DNA of 62,632 nucleotides, counting the filler, from Basidioascus undulatus (taxonomy: Eukaryota): NCBI GenBank assembly GCA_000826855.1. It is 9 parts of 9 records of this genome, joined end to end, with 100 filler letters (N's around TTAATTAATTAA, not from the genome) between each part and the next. Parts side by side here need not be neighbours in the genome. Positions count along the whole stretch, not along the records: positions 1 to 6,900 come from JTLS01001660.1; positions 7,001 to 13,896 come from JTLS01001661.1; 7 more parts are not named here. One strand, given 5' to 3'. The position numbers and the translations under genes are program-made. Of the stretch, positions 1 through 12,020 are shown piece by piece; the stretch's first letter is position 1, and each line of letters begins with the position of its first letter. Under the pieces are notes generated by a model. The model was given only the letters and a program-made list of their open reading frames with translations. It was not told the DNA's origin and searched no databases.

Positions 1-1575
1 CGTTGGGGTGGGCGCGTCGGGGTAGATGACCGTTCCGGACCCGAGCGGGTTCATGACGTTCTTGATGCGGATGGGAATCGCGGCACGGATGACCTGCTCC
101 ATCGTGAATGGGTGGATGACCTCGGAGCCGTAGTACGTCAGCTCCGCGGCCTCGTCCGGCGTGATGATCGGGATCAGGCGCGCGGTCGCGACCTTGCGCG
201 GGTCCGCGGTGAAGATCCCGTCGACCTCCTTCCAGACTTGGAGCTCGGACGCGGCGAGCCCCACCGCGCAGAGGGCCGCGCAGAGATCCGTGTACCCGCG
301 CCCGACGTTGCGGAGGAGCGAGCCGGGGACGGGGCCGAAAAATCCTGGCGCACCATCATGTAAGCCTCACGCGTGTCTATAAAAGACATGAAACAGTTGA
401 TAAGAACACGCACCAGTGACGACCGGCACGCGGTCCTCGCACTCTCGCAAGCGCTCGCCGAGGCGCTTCGCCAGGCGGTCATAGAAGCCTTGGTCGAGAG
501 AGTTGACCTCATTGCCGGCGAGGTCGCCCTCGACGAAGGCGTCGATGATCCCCTCGAGCGAGACGAGCTCCGCGGGTACGCCGCGGTCCTTGAGCGTCGC
601 GACAACGATGCGGCACGCGAGGCGCTCGCCGAGGCCGACAATCGCGTCCTTGCTTCTGGGAGAGATCTCGTCGATGATCTGGGAGGGGGTGCCGGCGTCT
701 TCAGTTAGCTTGACTCAGCATCTCTCATGTGCTCAGTTGGGCGCACCTGGGCAGCATGCAAGAACTCTCGCAACCCCTCAATATCTCGCTCAATGTCCTC
801 CTCGACCTCCTTCCTAATCTCCTCATTCTTTACCGCCTCCTCTACAGCTTTCATGTGCTCCGCCTTCAACAGATCCACCGTCGCCGCGAACTCGGGCTCG
901 TCCCGGGACAGGCTGAGCTTCCGCAGGCTGTCGACGCTGCTGCTCATGCCCGGGCCGGGGGACGCGGAACGGGAGGGTCCGGGGGAGTAGAAGGACGAGC
1001 GGGAGCGGGAGGAGAGTGCGAGCGGGCCGCCAGGGGTGGGGGGCACGGAGCCCGGGCGCGAGGAGGGTGCGGGCGCGAGCGCTTCGGACGCCGCGCGGAG
1101 GAGGAGGTTGGTTGTGCCCGTGGACTTGGTGGAGCCCGAGCGGGCGGAGCAGACGAGGACGAGGTTGGAGGTCGGGAGATATTGGCTGGGAGAGGGAGAT
1201 GGGCGTCAGCTCGTTCTACCGCTTAAATTAATCTGAGTCCGGCATGCTTTCATTGCATGTCTGGTATCTCTAGAGCGTATACAGCGGCCTGTGCTACGCC
1301 ATACAGATCTCCAGTCCTGCGAGATGATGCCACCGGCATTTCCACCTTCCTCCCAATAATCCTCGCATCTCCCTCCCCTCACGTCGCGTGGCTCCCTCTG
1401 ACTCTCCAAGGACTCACGGGACGACCTGGTCGACGATGTTATCCAAGAACTTTCCGACGCTGGTCCCCCCAAACTTCTGAACGACCCACGCCGCGGCGGG
1501 GTCGGCGGAGTTGCCCTTGCCCGAGGGGCCGGAGGGCACAGTCGCGATGTGCGCGTCGCCGGCGGTCGTAGCCAT
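1..1575 (-). CDS. HOM3: Aspartate kinase, multi-exon, 3' end cut by window/contig start
   Basis: Exon 1 has WVVQKFGGTSVGKF (aspartokinase signature). Later exons read VCSARS..GTTNLLL and ADPRKV..ARLIPIITPDEAAELTYYGSEVIHPFTMEQVI..IPIRIKNVMNP. GT-AG introns; ATG at 1575. Confidence 0.93.
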
Positions 1576-1844
1576 CCGTAGAATAAGTGAAAGAGAGGAG
1601 GGTGGTGAGAGATGTAGTGCAAGAGCTCGGGAACGGGAAGACGCGAAGAGAGAAGAGCACGCTCGAGTCAAGACTGGGCGTGGGAAAAAGAAGGTGACTC
1701 GGTCGTGCGACGTCAAAGAGAACTCCTGATCATTCGGGTATATAATTTAGGTGATTCGAGAAGCCCGCATGGCCAAACGAGCAACAGTTCGAAAGGTACA
1801 ACAAGCGTGAATCAAGAAGCAGAAACAGCAGGCCCCCGTGACGG

Positions 1845-3122
1845 CTACCGCAGCAACAGCACCGCATCCTCCTCGTCCTCCTCGCCCTCCTCCAGCTCCC
1901 TCTTCTTCGCCTCCTCAACGCTCGCAACAGCGACCTCCCGCTCCTCCCCGTCCTCCAGCTCCTCCTCCTCTTCCCCCTCCTCCATCTCCTGCCCGTCCCT
2001 TCCCAGCCTTCTCTCCGGCACAGCCTCTTCCTTCTTCTTGTCCTCCCCACCCGCTCCCCCAGGTCTGAACTCCCTCGCCTGGGGATTCAGCCTCCGCCCA
2101 GCCTCTTCGCGACCGAGCACCGACCCCTCCTCCCCCTCCCCCATCAACTCGTCTTCCACCTTGCCCTCCTCCTCCTCCTCCTCCTCCCCGCCGCGCGACC
2201 CCGCGTCCGCCTCCGCATCATCGTCGAGCAGCGCGCGCCTGCGCCCCTCCTGCGCCTCGGCCTCGACGCCCGCGCGGAGCACCTCGAGCGCAGAGACGAT
2301 GTCCAGGAACGAGTCGTAGCGGTGCGAGAAGGTGCTGCCCTGCGACGCGCGCGTGCTGACGAGCTCGGCGATGCCGGACTCCAGGGTCGCTATGGAGCTG
2401 TATACAACCAATCCCCATCTCAGTACTCTCAGCATGGATGTGTTTGACAAGGGAAAAAAGAAACTAAAGGAAAGAACGCACGCAAGCGACTCCTCCCTGC
2501 TCGGCAGCTTCTCGATCTCCCGCGCAATCTCATCATACTCCAACTTCCTCTTCCGATCCAGCTGCGCCTCCTCCAACTCCCACTTCAGCCTCTCATTTCC
2601 CTCCCTAACTCGTTCCCGCTCCTCCTCTGCGCCGCCGTCCCCAACCCGCATCAGCTTCCTCGCCGCCACCTTCACTTTCAGGACAACGAAGAGCGACGTA
2701 CCCATCTCCCGCTTCATCCGCATAGCCTCCGCCTCCTGCGACCCCAGCAAAGTGTCCACCAGCCCGCTGCGCTCAAGGTGCGCAGCGTACTTGGCCAACT
2801 CGACAAGCAGCCCGTCGAGAAGCGCTTGCCTGTTCAGTTCACCCGCTCGTCAGCCGCCAGTCCCTCGTTCCTCCTAGCCCACACATCCCTTCAGCGCACT
2901 CACCGTCCCTCGTCGCCCTTCACGGCCGCGCCATGCAGTGCAAGAGCGCGCTTGATTATCCCGCGCAGTGTGCGCTCATCGTTGGTGAGCCGCGCGCGGA
3001 TGAGCGCGTCTGTGGGTTCGCGTGCCAGCAAGGGTTCAGTCGCTTTGGCGTGGGGACGACAGAGTGATGAGGGAAGGTGAATAACCTTCTTCGTCTGCGC
3101 TGATGAGGCGGATCCCGGGCAT
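1845..3122 (-). CDS. THOC7: THO complex subunit 7 (THOC7/Mft1 family) with acidic C-terminal tail
   Basis: Spliced N-terminus MPGIRLISADEE-DALIRARLTNDERTLR and core LEEAQLDRKRKLEYDEIAREIEKLPSREE are typical of THOC7 coiled coils. Confidence 0.75.
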
Positions 3123-3832
3123 CCTCAAATGTAGAAAGGAAAGCGTGTAGAGTTCTTAGGGAGAGATCAGGCGGCCGGACGACGTGAGTGAGCCGGCTGA
3201 GTCGGACGCCTTTCGGTCTGGAAGAAATCTCCAAATCCCGAAAGATGATCGGACATGCAGCGCTTTATTCTGTTCCTCGTCTTGCTTCATTAGTATGTGC
3301 GTACTTTCCCCTTCAGTCCATCAGGATATTCATAAGAAAAGGCAATGAGAGAATCACTTGGTAAATGCTGTGGTATGGGTCAGGGCCGACTGCAGCTACT
3401 TGTGTCTGCGAGGCGCAGCACAGTGAACAAGGAATGAAGCATCAACAATGCACGGTCGACACCAGACGAGAGTATCTGGTCTGAGCGGTTAAACACCCAG
3501 TCGAAAGCACATACTGGCTGTGCAACGGCTGGTGAGGGTTGCTGAATAGTGCACCCGCGTCTTTTACAAATGCGCCACGGGCTCCCGACACATGAACATA
3601 CTTTGTCACCCTAGGGCGATATTTCGATGCTCGGAGTAGGACTCGACCCAATGACGCTTGCAAAGCTTGTATACAAACAGCGGTCGATGAAAACGTAGTC
3701 AAAGTTTAGCTCCTCAGTTTATATCTACACAGCATCCGGAAACTACCGAAAGGGCAGACGTAATGGTACAACACTTTTTGGTTTCTACATAAAGGGTTCC
3801 AATAAACAATTGGTACAAAGCTCGGCAGCGCA

Positions 3833-5349
3833 TCACACCTCCGACCGTACGCCCGATCCGCCCTTCCGCTCTCCAGCGACCCTCAAGACCCACAGCGCAG
3901 TGTCGCGCAGAGTCTCCTCCGGTGTATGGTACCTCAGTCCCAGCACCTCCTTGCTCGCCCTATTGTCAAGCTTGTAGTCCGACGGGTTCACGAACCCCTT
4001 CGGAGCCTTGGGCAGCTTGTCCGCGAGCGGCCCGGGCAGTTCTTGGGCGAGGATCCGGACGTAGTCGGTCGGACGCAAGTCGTGCCCGCCTGCATGGGTG
4101 TGTGAATTGTTTTCCATGTTGGGGCTAATCTGACGGGCGAGGTAACGCACCAGTACGAAACGACGTCCGTTGGCTGCTTCGTTTTCCACTGCAAAAAGGG
4201 TGGAAGGTTGCAACATGCGGGGTCCACGAACATCTGTGAGGGTGTACCATAGAATTGTGTCGGGATGTGGGCGAACACAGGGCTGGGCAGCAAAACAACA
4301 CGTTTAAAGGGACCGGTGTCTCGGGCTGCACAGTGATGTTGAACGCGGGGTTCAGCAGCACCTCGGAGATGTCTGCCATAGCAAAGCCTGTGAGTAAATT
4401 GCCCATATCTGCCCCCCAACCTGAGAATTTCGAAGACCCATAACGTACATCGGTTTGACTGCGGCATGGGAAGGTCCATAGACCAGGACTGTTCATGCCA
4501 GGGGGATACTAAGTAAGTGTGACTATGTTAGAAGGAATTTGTTTTTCAAACAACTAAATCAACCTACCCGTTTGCAGAGTAATAACTGCGAACGAAGGCT
4601 TCTCCTTCTCCACAAACTCCCAAGCCGCTCTCTCGGCAAGAGTTTTCGCGGTCCCTGCGGCGGCATGTTATGAGCCAAATAGCAGTTTTTAAATTGTTTC
4701 TAAGGAGACGTACCGTATACCCACAAGGGGTGGGCATCTCCCGCTGCGAACTCGTACGTCAAAGGGTTCCCACCGTTCTCGTCGTAGACCTGCCCCGCCT
4801 GCGACGGCTTGGCCCAGTCGCCCGCTCCGCTGATTCTGAAAAGAATAAAGACTCAACTTTGGATTAGTACATTGCGGCCATGGGACTACTTGACTCACGA
4901 AAGACACACAAACTTCTTAAGCCCTGGCGCCTTCGCGGCAGCCCGGAGGGCATTGCGCATGCCCCCCAAGGCCGGGATGAGGTATAGTTCTCGTTGTCGA
5001 CGCGCTTTCCGGCCGCCTAAAAAGAGACATTCGGACCCATTAGAATAATTTCATGGGACACAGCTCGCGTCGATTCACTTCAGTCCCGATGATGGCCGGG
5101 AGTGGAGACGCCGTATGCAGAAGTAATCGACGTCCTTGGCAGCTTCGTCGAACGCGCCATCGGCAGCCATGTCGGGCACGATGACGAGTTCCACTTGTGA
5201 AGTGAATCGGAAATGAGGGACTCCCTTTGGTCTGCCTTGGACTGCGAGCGCACCGTGCCGCGCACGGCGTAGCCAGCTTTAAGGAAGGTGAGCGCGACCT
5301 CGGAAGCGATGAAGCCGTTTACGCCTGTGATGGTTTTACATTGATTCAT
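3833..5349 (-). pseudogene. NAD(P)-dependent epimerase/aldehyde reductase (Gre2/Ari1-like extended SDR), frameshifted
   Basis: ITGVNGFIASEVALTFLKAGYAVRGTVRS (Rossmann motif), TAKTLAERAAWEFVEKEKPSF, MFVD..AVENEAANGRRF and DNRASKEVLGLRYHTPEETLRDT. The motifs sit in frames that GT-AG introns do not reconcile, e.g. around 5200 and 4190-4230. Confidence 0.75.
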
Positions 5350-5489
5350 TCTTCAAGACACTGTAAATTACTAGTAATCTTCTGTGCAGAGTAGCGTCAG
5401 TGCGGTCCGAGCAATCACTTTCCTGTACGGTACTCCAAGAGTGTATGCCATCCGCTATCGCAGACATATTGTCTGGACTGCTCTCCGAT

Positions 5490-5582
5490 TACCAAAGATT
5501 GTGCGTTCGAGTCGCACCGTGGTCGTTTGCGTTGCAAACTATTTAGGCCGCGTGGCCTAATGGCTAAGGCGTTGGTCTTCGG
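5490..5582 (+). tRNA. Circularly permuted tRNA-Arg(TCG): 3' half 5490-5525, 20-nt spacer 5526-5545, 5' half 5546-5582
   Basis: 5' half is GGCCGCG-TG-GCCT-AATGGCTA-AGGC-G-TTGGT-CT-TCG-G, followed by TTTTTT. Upstream 3' half is T-ACCAA-AGATT-GTGCG-TTCGAGT-CGCAC-CGTGGTC-G. Acceptor stem (7 bp incl. 2 GU), D stem, anticodon stem (TTGGT/ACCAA) and T stem all pair. Confidence 0.88.
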
Positions 5583-5588
5583 TTTTTT
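5583..5588 (+). terminator. RNA polymerase III oligo-T terminator of the permuted tRNA
   Basis: T6 run immediately after position 37 of the 5' half. Confidence 0.7.
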
Positions 5589-6783
5589 GCTTTTATTTTG
5601 CAGAATACATATTTATTTTGCTCCTGGGAGGTGTGGGAGACGTTCGGAAAGTCGAGGAGGCAAGATAGAGGCAGGCGAGGAGGAGGAGGTGAGGGCGAGG
5701 GTGCTGGGGGGGTTGGACGAGGCGAACGAAGGCAAGACACAAGAAGACAACGCGTGTCAAGCGCGACCCAAAACGCTCAGGGCAGCCGCGTCAAGGTCCG
5801 CCCGGGTCTCCTCGGTCACAGTCGCAGTGGCAGTCTGGCAAGTTCTTCGCCTGCATTGGCTTTCGTACTACAAAAAAAGCGAGCGGGTTTGTTCAAAATT
5901 ACTTTATTTCTGCTTCAACATGGCGCAAGTGTGCGGACGTTGTACAAGCGTCGATGTGAAAACCGTGACTCTTCGCAACAACCTGGGCGCAGCCGGCTCC
6001 TTTCCCCCTCGTTTCCCAACGTTTCCCTTTGCCTTTGTAGCAAACAATGGAATTTGATGGGATAATGCTTTGATTAATTCAGCCGGCAGAATTCAAGCGC
6101 GAAAATGGCTTGCCATCGTCCCTTCAGACTGTCCGGCGTCCGCTCTAACCAGACTCCTGGAAAGACGCAATTCCAGCGGGCACAGAAAACGGAAACCCGA
6201 AATATCTGCAAGGCTCCAAAAGAGATTGAGTGCGTTCATGCCCTAGTTTCCCAAGCAAGCACATAGCCACAGACCATGCTCTTGGCCACTGGGACGCCGA
6301 CGCCGACGCCGCCCTGGTTGAAGCTCCCTGTACAGCTTCCCACCCTCGATGATGCTTAACACCTTCAAATAGTGCCCACACTAGAACCCAAAGCCCATGA
6401 ACTGAAAGGATCGCCAGTTCAAAAGATCTCAATGGTACTCCTTCTCAGCCGCGCTCAGTGTTCCATAGCATAGCCCCTCGCCACAAGTGTGCTTCCACAC
6501 ATATGGGACAGAAATTTTGGAGCAGGAGTAATCATTCCTAATGCTCTTTCTTCTCCTGCTTGCTCCGCACTGGGTGTGCTGCCGAGTAGGACGTTACGTG
6601 CCCGAGTGACCCGGATTTGTCTATTCCATGTGTTGCGGCGTTTCCCGTTCCTCTACTCGTTTGTCCTTCCACTGTGAAGATTGTGGACCTTACACGAAGA
6701 AGCTACAATGGTTGCGGATAAGCACGGCAGCCCTCGCTTTCAAGTTGTTCAGGTCAGGATGTAAACTGAAAGAAGAGTTCAGC

Positions 6784-6855
6784 TCCTTGTTGGTGTAGTG
6801 GCTAACATCGGGTGTTCTCACCGCCCAGCCCCGGGTTCAATTCCCGGACGGGGAA
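6784..6855 (+). tRNA. tRNA-Glu(CTC), intronless
   Basis: TCCTTGT..ACGGGGA acceptor stem; anticodon arm GGGTG-TTCTCAC-CGCCC; T arm CCGGG-TTCAATT-CCCGG; TTTT downstream. Confidence 0.93.
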
Positions 6856-6900
6856 CTATATTTTGCTCGTTTTGCCCATGCTCCAGGCCATGATGACTCT

Positions 6901-7000
6901 NNNNNNNNNNNNNNNNNNNNNNNNNNNNNNNNNNNNNNNNNNNNTTAATTAATTAANNNNNNNNNNNNNNNNNNNNNNNNNNNNNNNNNNNNNNNNNNNN
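6901..7000. other. Artificial contig spacer
   Basis: N44-TTAATTAATTAA-N44 (stop codons in all six frames). Confidence 0.98.
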
Positions 7001-7906
7001 TTGCGCTTGGGGAGGAGCGCGGGGAGAATGGCAGGGGAGGGGATGGGGATGGGGATGGGGATGGGGATGGATATGAGGGTGAGGAGATGGTGTTGTTGAT
7101 GTAAGGGTCGTTCAGCGTTAAGAGGGTTCATGCAGGCTCGCTTGCCGAAAACTACAGGTGTGGCGAAAACGAGCCTTTTAGACCATCTCGATGGCTGTAT
7201 GCGTACTGGACACATGATTCTTAAACCGAGACAATTACGACACGTTCGTTTTTATGACGGGGCCGGCCAAGCAAGCGCAGCTGTTTCCGAGTCCTCTAAC
7301 CGCTCGTCCATGGGCAGAGTGGTCAATGGAGCCTCATGCAATGTAAGTCGTCCAGGGCTGATCCTATCCTTGAAGTCTGAAGACGCACAAAACTAACACG
7401 CTCGCAGCCTTCACAGTCTGATTCCAGGTTGCAGTTTCTTACCGGCGCGCTCAGGATCAGAACACGATACAGTGCAAGGCACGATTCCCGAGTTGAAGAA
7501 TTGATATTCTTTTGAGTGCCCTGAACTGGAAAAGACCCGGTTGTAAAGAAAAGGAGGAGACATTGCGAACCAGCCGAAGCTGAAGGCCGATCGCGAACGA
7601 CTGTAAACCGCGGGCTGATCATCCAGTGTTTCCGCCAACGTTAACTTCTATTTGCATTTTCCATGGACAATATACGAGCTTTTCTCATAAATATTGAACT
7701 CATTTGAGCCCTCTGACATGCTGCGCATTCGGCAGTCGGGGACTACGCCCAGTCAAAGCGATACAGCATAATCTGATTCTCACCAGCCCCAACACAGAGT
7801 CATACACCAGTCCTGCTGCATCCCATTTATCTCACAGTGTCCGCACCACACCCAGCATCTGCCCCTCCCAGTATCCCAGCGTGGAACCTGCACGCCTGCC
7901 AGGGCC

Positions 7907-10688
7907 TCATTCCCTCGCGCGGTCCGCGTTTTGGATGAGGGCATGGATAAACTTGATGCTGTCCACCCCAAATGGACGTCCATTAGCCCGCTGTCCGTCT
8001 AACTGCACCCCAGCGCTGTCACCGCCGCTAACCTGCTGAGGAGCCCGTCGATATGCGCTCGTTCATCGACAGTGTGAATGTCTGTCCGAATCACAGCCCC
8101 CAGGTATAAGTGAGTAGGCGCACGGCTGGCGTGGGTAAAGAGGAACGCGACGACGCACTGGCTGCCTGCTGCGCCTCGACAGCTTGGAAGCGGTAGATGT
8201 TGCGCGTCAGGTTCCAGTACCAGCGGGCTGGCGGAAACGAAGAAAGTCAGACAGAACATTCGGGAGTAGGTAAGAAGGTTGAGGGTTTGGGGGAGAGGAA
8301 GGGGAGGTGGCAGCGAACTGTCCGTGTTTCCAGTGGAGATGTAGGGCGAGACAATGCGTTCGGATCCATCTGGCGCGGGGAAGAGATGCCTGAATATTAG
8401 AGGGTAATTTAGATGGTTGCCAGTGCGGAGTCATTAGGAATCCGAAAGCCCACCGAATTGTCCCAGCCAGCACGCTGCCCATATCGCCGGGATCAGCCTC
8501 CGTCCTCGGTCCTCTTCAGGTTCCCACACCCATGGAAACCAACTCACTCCCACGCAGCGCCTTCCGCCGGGGTCCTCGGCGCCGGCGGGGTGACGCCCCC
8601 AAACACGCTGAGCTTGACCGCGCGGACGACCTCGTTGGGGTCGCGGTGATCGTCGAAGCCGATGAAAGTGAGGTTGAGGTGCTTCTCGATGTGCGGCCTG
8701 AGGATCCGCTCCAGGCGCGCTTCGACCTCGGCGGGGGAGGACGAGACGGTGATGCGTTGGTTGATTACGGCGTAGGCCTGTTGTCGATTACATGGACTGC
8801 TGAGTGAGAATGAAGCGGAGCGGATGGGGAGCAGAAGAGGCGCACAAGCTCGGGAAGCGCATTGATCTTAACGCCGCCGCTGATGATGTCCACCGCCTGG
8901 GAAGTTTGCATCAAGCTGTGGACGCCGGCCGGCAAGAAGTTTCAGCGGCCCAGGCGGTCCATAGCATCAGGAACCTCTAAGACGGATCAACGTACTATCG
9001 GACGGCTCCGCTCCAGCTTGCAACCTCCTCGGCAGCTTCGTCCCACTTCCGTACGTCGCGCAGCTTGCGGCGAAGCGAGGCAGGGAGCTCGGGCGCGTAG
9101 GAGGCGACGCATTGAAGGTGGGTCGTGAAAGGGTTCTAAAATTTGACCAAAGAAAACGATGAGAATGAACGTGTCAAAGTTCGTCAGAGAGTGGGAAGAA
9201 AGGAGCTACTTACGAATGGCGAAAGATGCGGGTTGTGTTGGTGCTCTTCAACTACCCCGATGAGGTGCGCGAGTATTCCGATCCCTGCTTCGCATAGTCC
9301 TCCCTTCATTGAGAAACCTCAAGAAGTCGTAAAGTTACAGATTCGGCGGACCAGTATGTTTCGGCGGGACGCTGGAGTGTCCGCCCGGCACAGCGACGGA
9401 AATCTGGACGTCGAGGTACCCCTTCTCACTCATGCCTGGAAGAGCGAACGCCTTGCCCAGGACGTCATCCTTCATCGATCCACCCTCATCAACCAACAGG
9501 AAGACGCTGTCCCGTCCGTAAATCTCTTCGAGACGCTGGGCGAGGGTCTGGGCTCCGCGGAGGCCGGACTGCGCGGAAGACAACGTGGGACGGGCGTGAG
9601 CATGATGGACTGCGGGGCGCAGTGGGTGGACGTACAACCTCCTGGAAGTTTCAAAGGATACGGTGTGAGCAATATTCGCGATGAAGTGAAACTATATACC
9701 TGAAATGAAATACCTCGTCGAAGCCCAGAGACAGTACCACAGTCCGCGTCGGATGGAAGTCCTGCTCGATCAACAGGGTGATCGCTTCGAAGAGCCTACG
9801 GAGACAAAGGTAAGAAACAAGCAGCATTTAAGTTCTGCATGATCAGCCAAGAAGTTTCGTACGAGAGAAACTAGCCACGCACGAGATAAGCAGCCGCTTG
9901 CAATCGCTCACGCCGCGTCCCCAGACCCAGCCGTCTGCGTCAATATGACCAGAAAACGGCGGGTGTGTCCAGCGGGGTACCGTCTCTGGAGGAACAGGCA
10001 CGGTATCCTAGAAAATGCCGATTGTCAGCGTTGCGACATGATTCCGCCGGAGGAGGATGGCTGGAACGCGCCTGGTGCGCCATGAGCACGACCGGCTGCG
10101 GGAACGCACATCGTTAGCCGTGCTGGAAGACGGAGGAGAGAATGAACATGGGTTTGACGCACTTTGAGCGACTCGTCTGATCCCTGCCAAGTGTACAGCA
10201 ACCCATGCGTGTTGACCTTCTCGAGGTCGAGCTTCTCATGTCTATCCGCCATTGTGAGATCAGGGCATTTGCTGCCTTGAATCAGGTCAACAAAAGACTG
10301 ACACGGTAGAGTATGTTCTCTTCAGGTACTCCGCAAATTCGAAAAACGCGTCCCAGCGTGGGTCTTTGCCGACGTCGTCCATTTCATCAAACGATTCCGT
10401 CCGGGCCTGGACGGCGCCGCTCCAGCGCTCGGCGGCGGCATGCTTGAACCTCTGCGGCTCCTTGAACGGTTGTGGAGGGGCTATGGGAGAGGGCTGTACG
10501 GGGCAGTGCACCGGAAGCGGCGGAGGCGGGGTAAGGGAGCTGAGGATAAAGGATGACTTGTACGGGACGAGATTGAGCGCGATTACCGCGAGCACAAGCA
10601 TGATGCCGCGAAAGACGTAGCGGCTTCGGGTGGGAGGTGCGGTGTTGGGCTCGTGTAGCGGGAGCCGCTCGTCGGGTGGGGCGCCCAT
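7907..10688 (-). CDS. CPS1: Gly-Xaa carboxypeptidase (carboxypeptidase S, M20 family), type II membrane anchor
   Basis: N-terminal TM, then TESFDEMDDVGKDPRW..F, EKVNTHGLLYTWQGSD, LMAHQD, GWVWGRGVSDCK, LVDEGG, GGHSSVPP, NIHTVDER and terminal exon IKFIHALIQNAD. Confidence 0.9.
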
Positions 10689-12020
10689 ACTCGATGGCGG
10701 TTGATGTGAGGAGAGGGGCAGACATATCATACCAGGACGTTGGGCAGTTGTGCTCGCGATAAGCGGCTGCGAGGTCGCGTCATCCCGCGCGGGACGAGCA
10801 CGCGGTTGGTTTTCTTGCGGGGAATGGGGATACGACGAGAAGACGAACTCCGAATCTCCGTGCGCCGATCTCCTGAAAAGTAGAGGCAGATTTAGATGTA
10901 TTGGCACGAAATTTGTGCAACAGCTTTTTACCGGGTGTACAGTCCGAAACGGGTCTTTGCGATCAGTTTCAGGAAAGCTGCCCTAGCCCCCTGAGCGTTG
11001 GCTTGCAGTGCATCACCGACAGCTGATCCCTGGGTGCACGTAGAGTCCATCAATCAAATACTATAAAGCATCCAAGGTCATCCATGGCTACATAAAAATC
11101 GGTCGACCATTATCATCACTGCGAAGAGGCCACGTCAACCGCCGTATTCGTCGTACTCCGTACGTGATGCAGGATACGGAGGACAGCCAAGGACATCCAT
11201 AGTGCTACTTAATCGCGACTGAGGCTATATGATGTCCTCAATATTGAAACTATGTGATTCCACGAAATGTAAACAGTTGGGCACAAAGCCTGGTGGGGCA
11301 TCCCGGCGTCAGCTTCTGGGCTGGCGAGCTGTCGCATAGTGGTACTCGGCAGCAACATTCAGTGCGCAGGACCAGCAGAATGCAGACCATTGTACGAAGA
11401 TATTCTGGTAATTATGTGACACGGTTTCCTCTGTATGAAAAAAGCACAAACGACGATGGTCGTGGTGAGCTGCGTACAGTCAAAGCAAAAATGCATGTCC
11501 GACGAGCTCCCGCTCGTGGTACTCACATTGAGGCTCCAAATTCCCCAAGCCTACTCTCTGGTGAAACAATGGCAGCTTAATTGAGCTGTCGTCTTCCCGC
11601 CTTCACCACCACCTCCCTGGCGGGAACCTGATGATCGTCAGTGCCACTGCATGATTACGGTCGATCAATCCGACTCCACACTCCTGCAACACTTTCGATG
11701 CGGAAACCTGCAAATGATTACTGCCCCCTAATCTCGGTTCCAATTCCTCTCATACTTTTCGGCTCTTTTCAAGACGAGTGATGCAAGGGGACGATTCTCT
11801 GCCCTAGCGCCCATCGCGCCCATCCGGGAGCACCATCGTGATGTGGAGAAGACGATGCTGCCAGTTCCAAATTAATGTGAACAGCCAGGCTGACGGAAAA
11901 TTTCTAAGAGCCCTCAGCGAAACAACGCTATTTACTCCCCACGTGCTCCACCTCTCTTTCAGCTCCTTCCGCCCTATTCTCCTCGATTGACCTTCCGGTC
12001 ACCAACTCCACTCGCTCACA

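Noticed and set aside
1188..1408. Long HOM3 intron as an H/ACA snoRNA or riboswitch host (weak hairpins followed by ACA)
   Set aside because: There is no ANANNA H box between the hairpins, the pairing is weak, and no TPP or lysine aptamer motifs are visible. An Rfam cmscan would be needed.
112..2877. Long plus-strand ORFs (e.g. 373-708, 1705-2319, 2332-2877) and similar antisense ORFs elsewhere
   Set aside because: They are shadows of GC-rich coding sequence on the opposite strand, with no independent motifs.
5400..5700. Two separate intron-containing tRNA-Arg genes in tandem as an explanation of the halves
   Set aside because: There is no D arm/A box upstream of 5490 and no T arm/B box after 5582, and a T6 terminator follows position 37 directly.
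5527..6057. 176-aa ORF overlapping the permuted tRNA
   Set aside because: It has a non-ATG start, no recognisable domain, and reads through tRNA and oligo-T sequence.
7030..7075. GGGATG repeats; also (TTG)n near 21136-21155 and TTTCTTG-rich sequence near 28147-28220
   Set aside because: Simple microsatellites or low-complexity tracts, not CRISPR or telomeric arrays.
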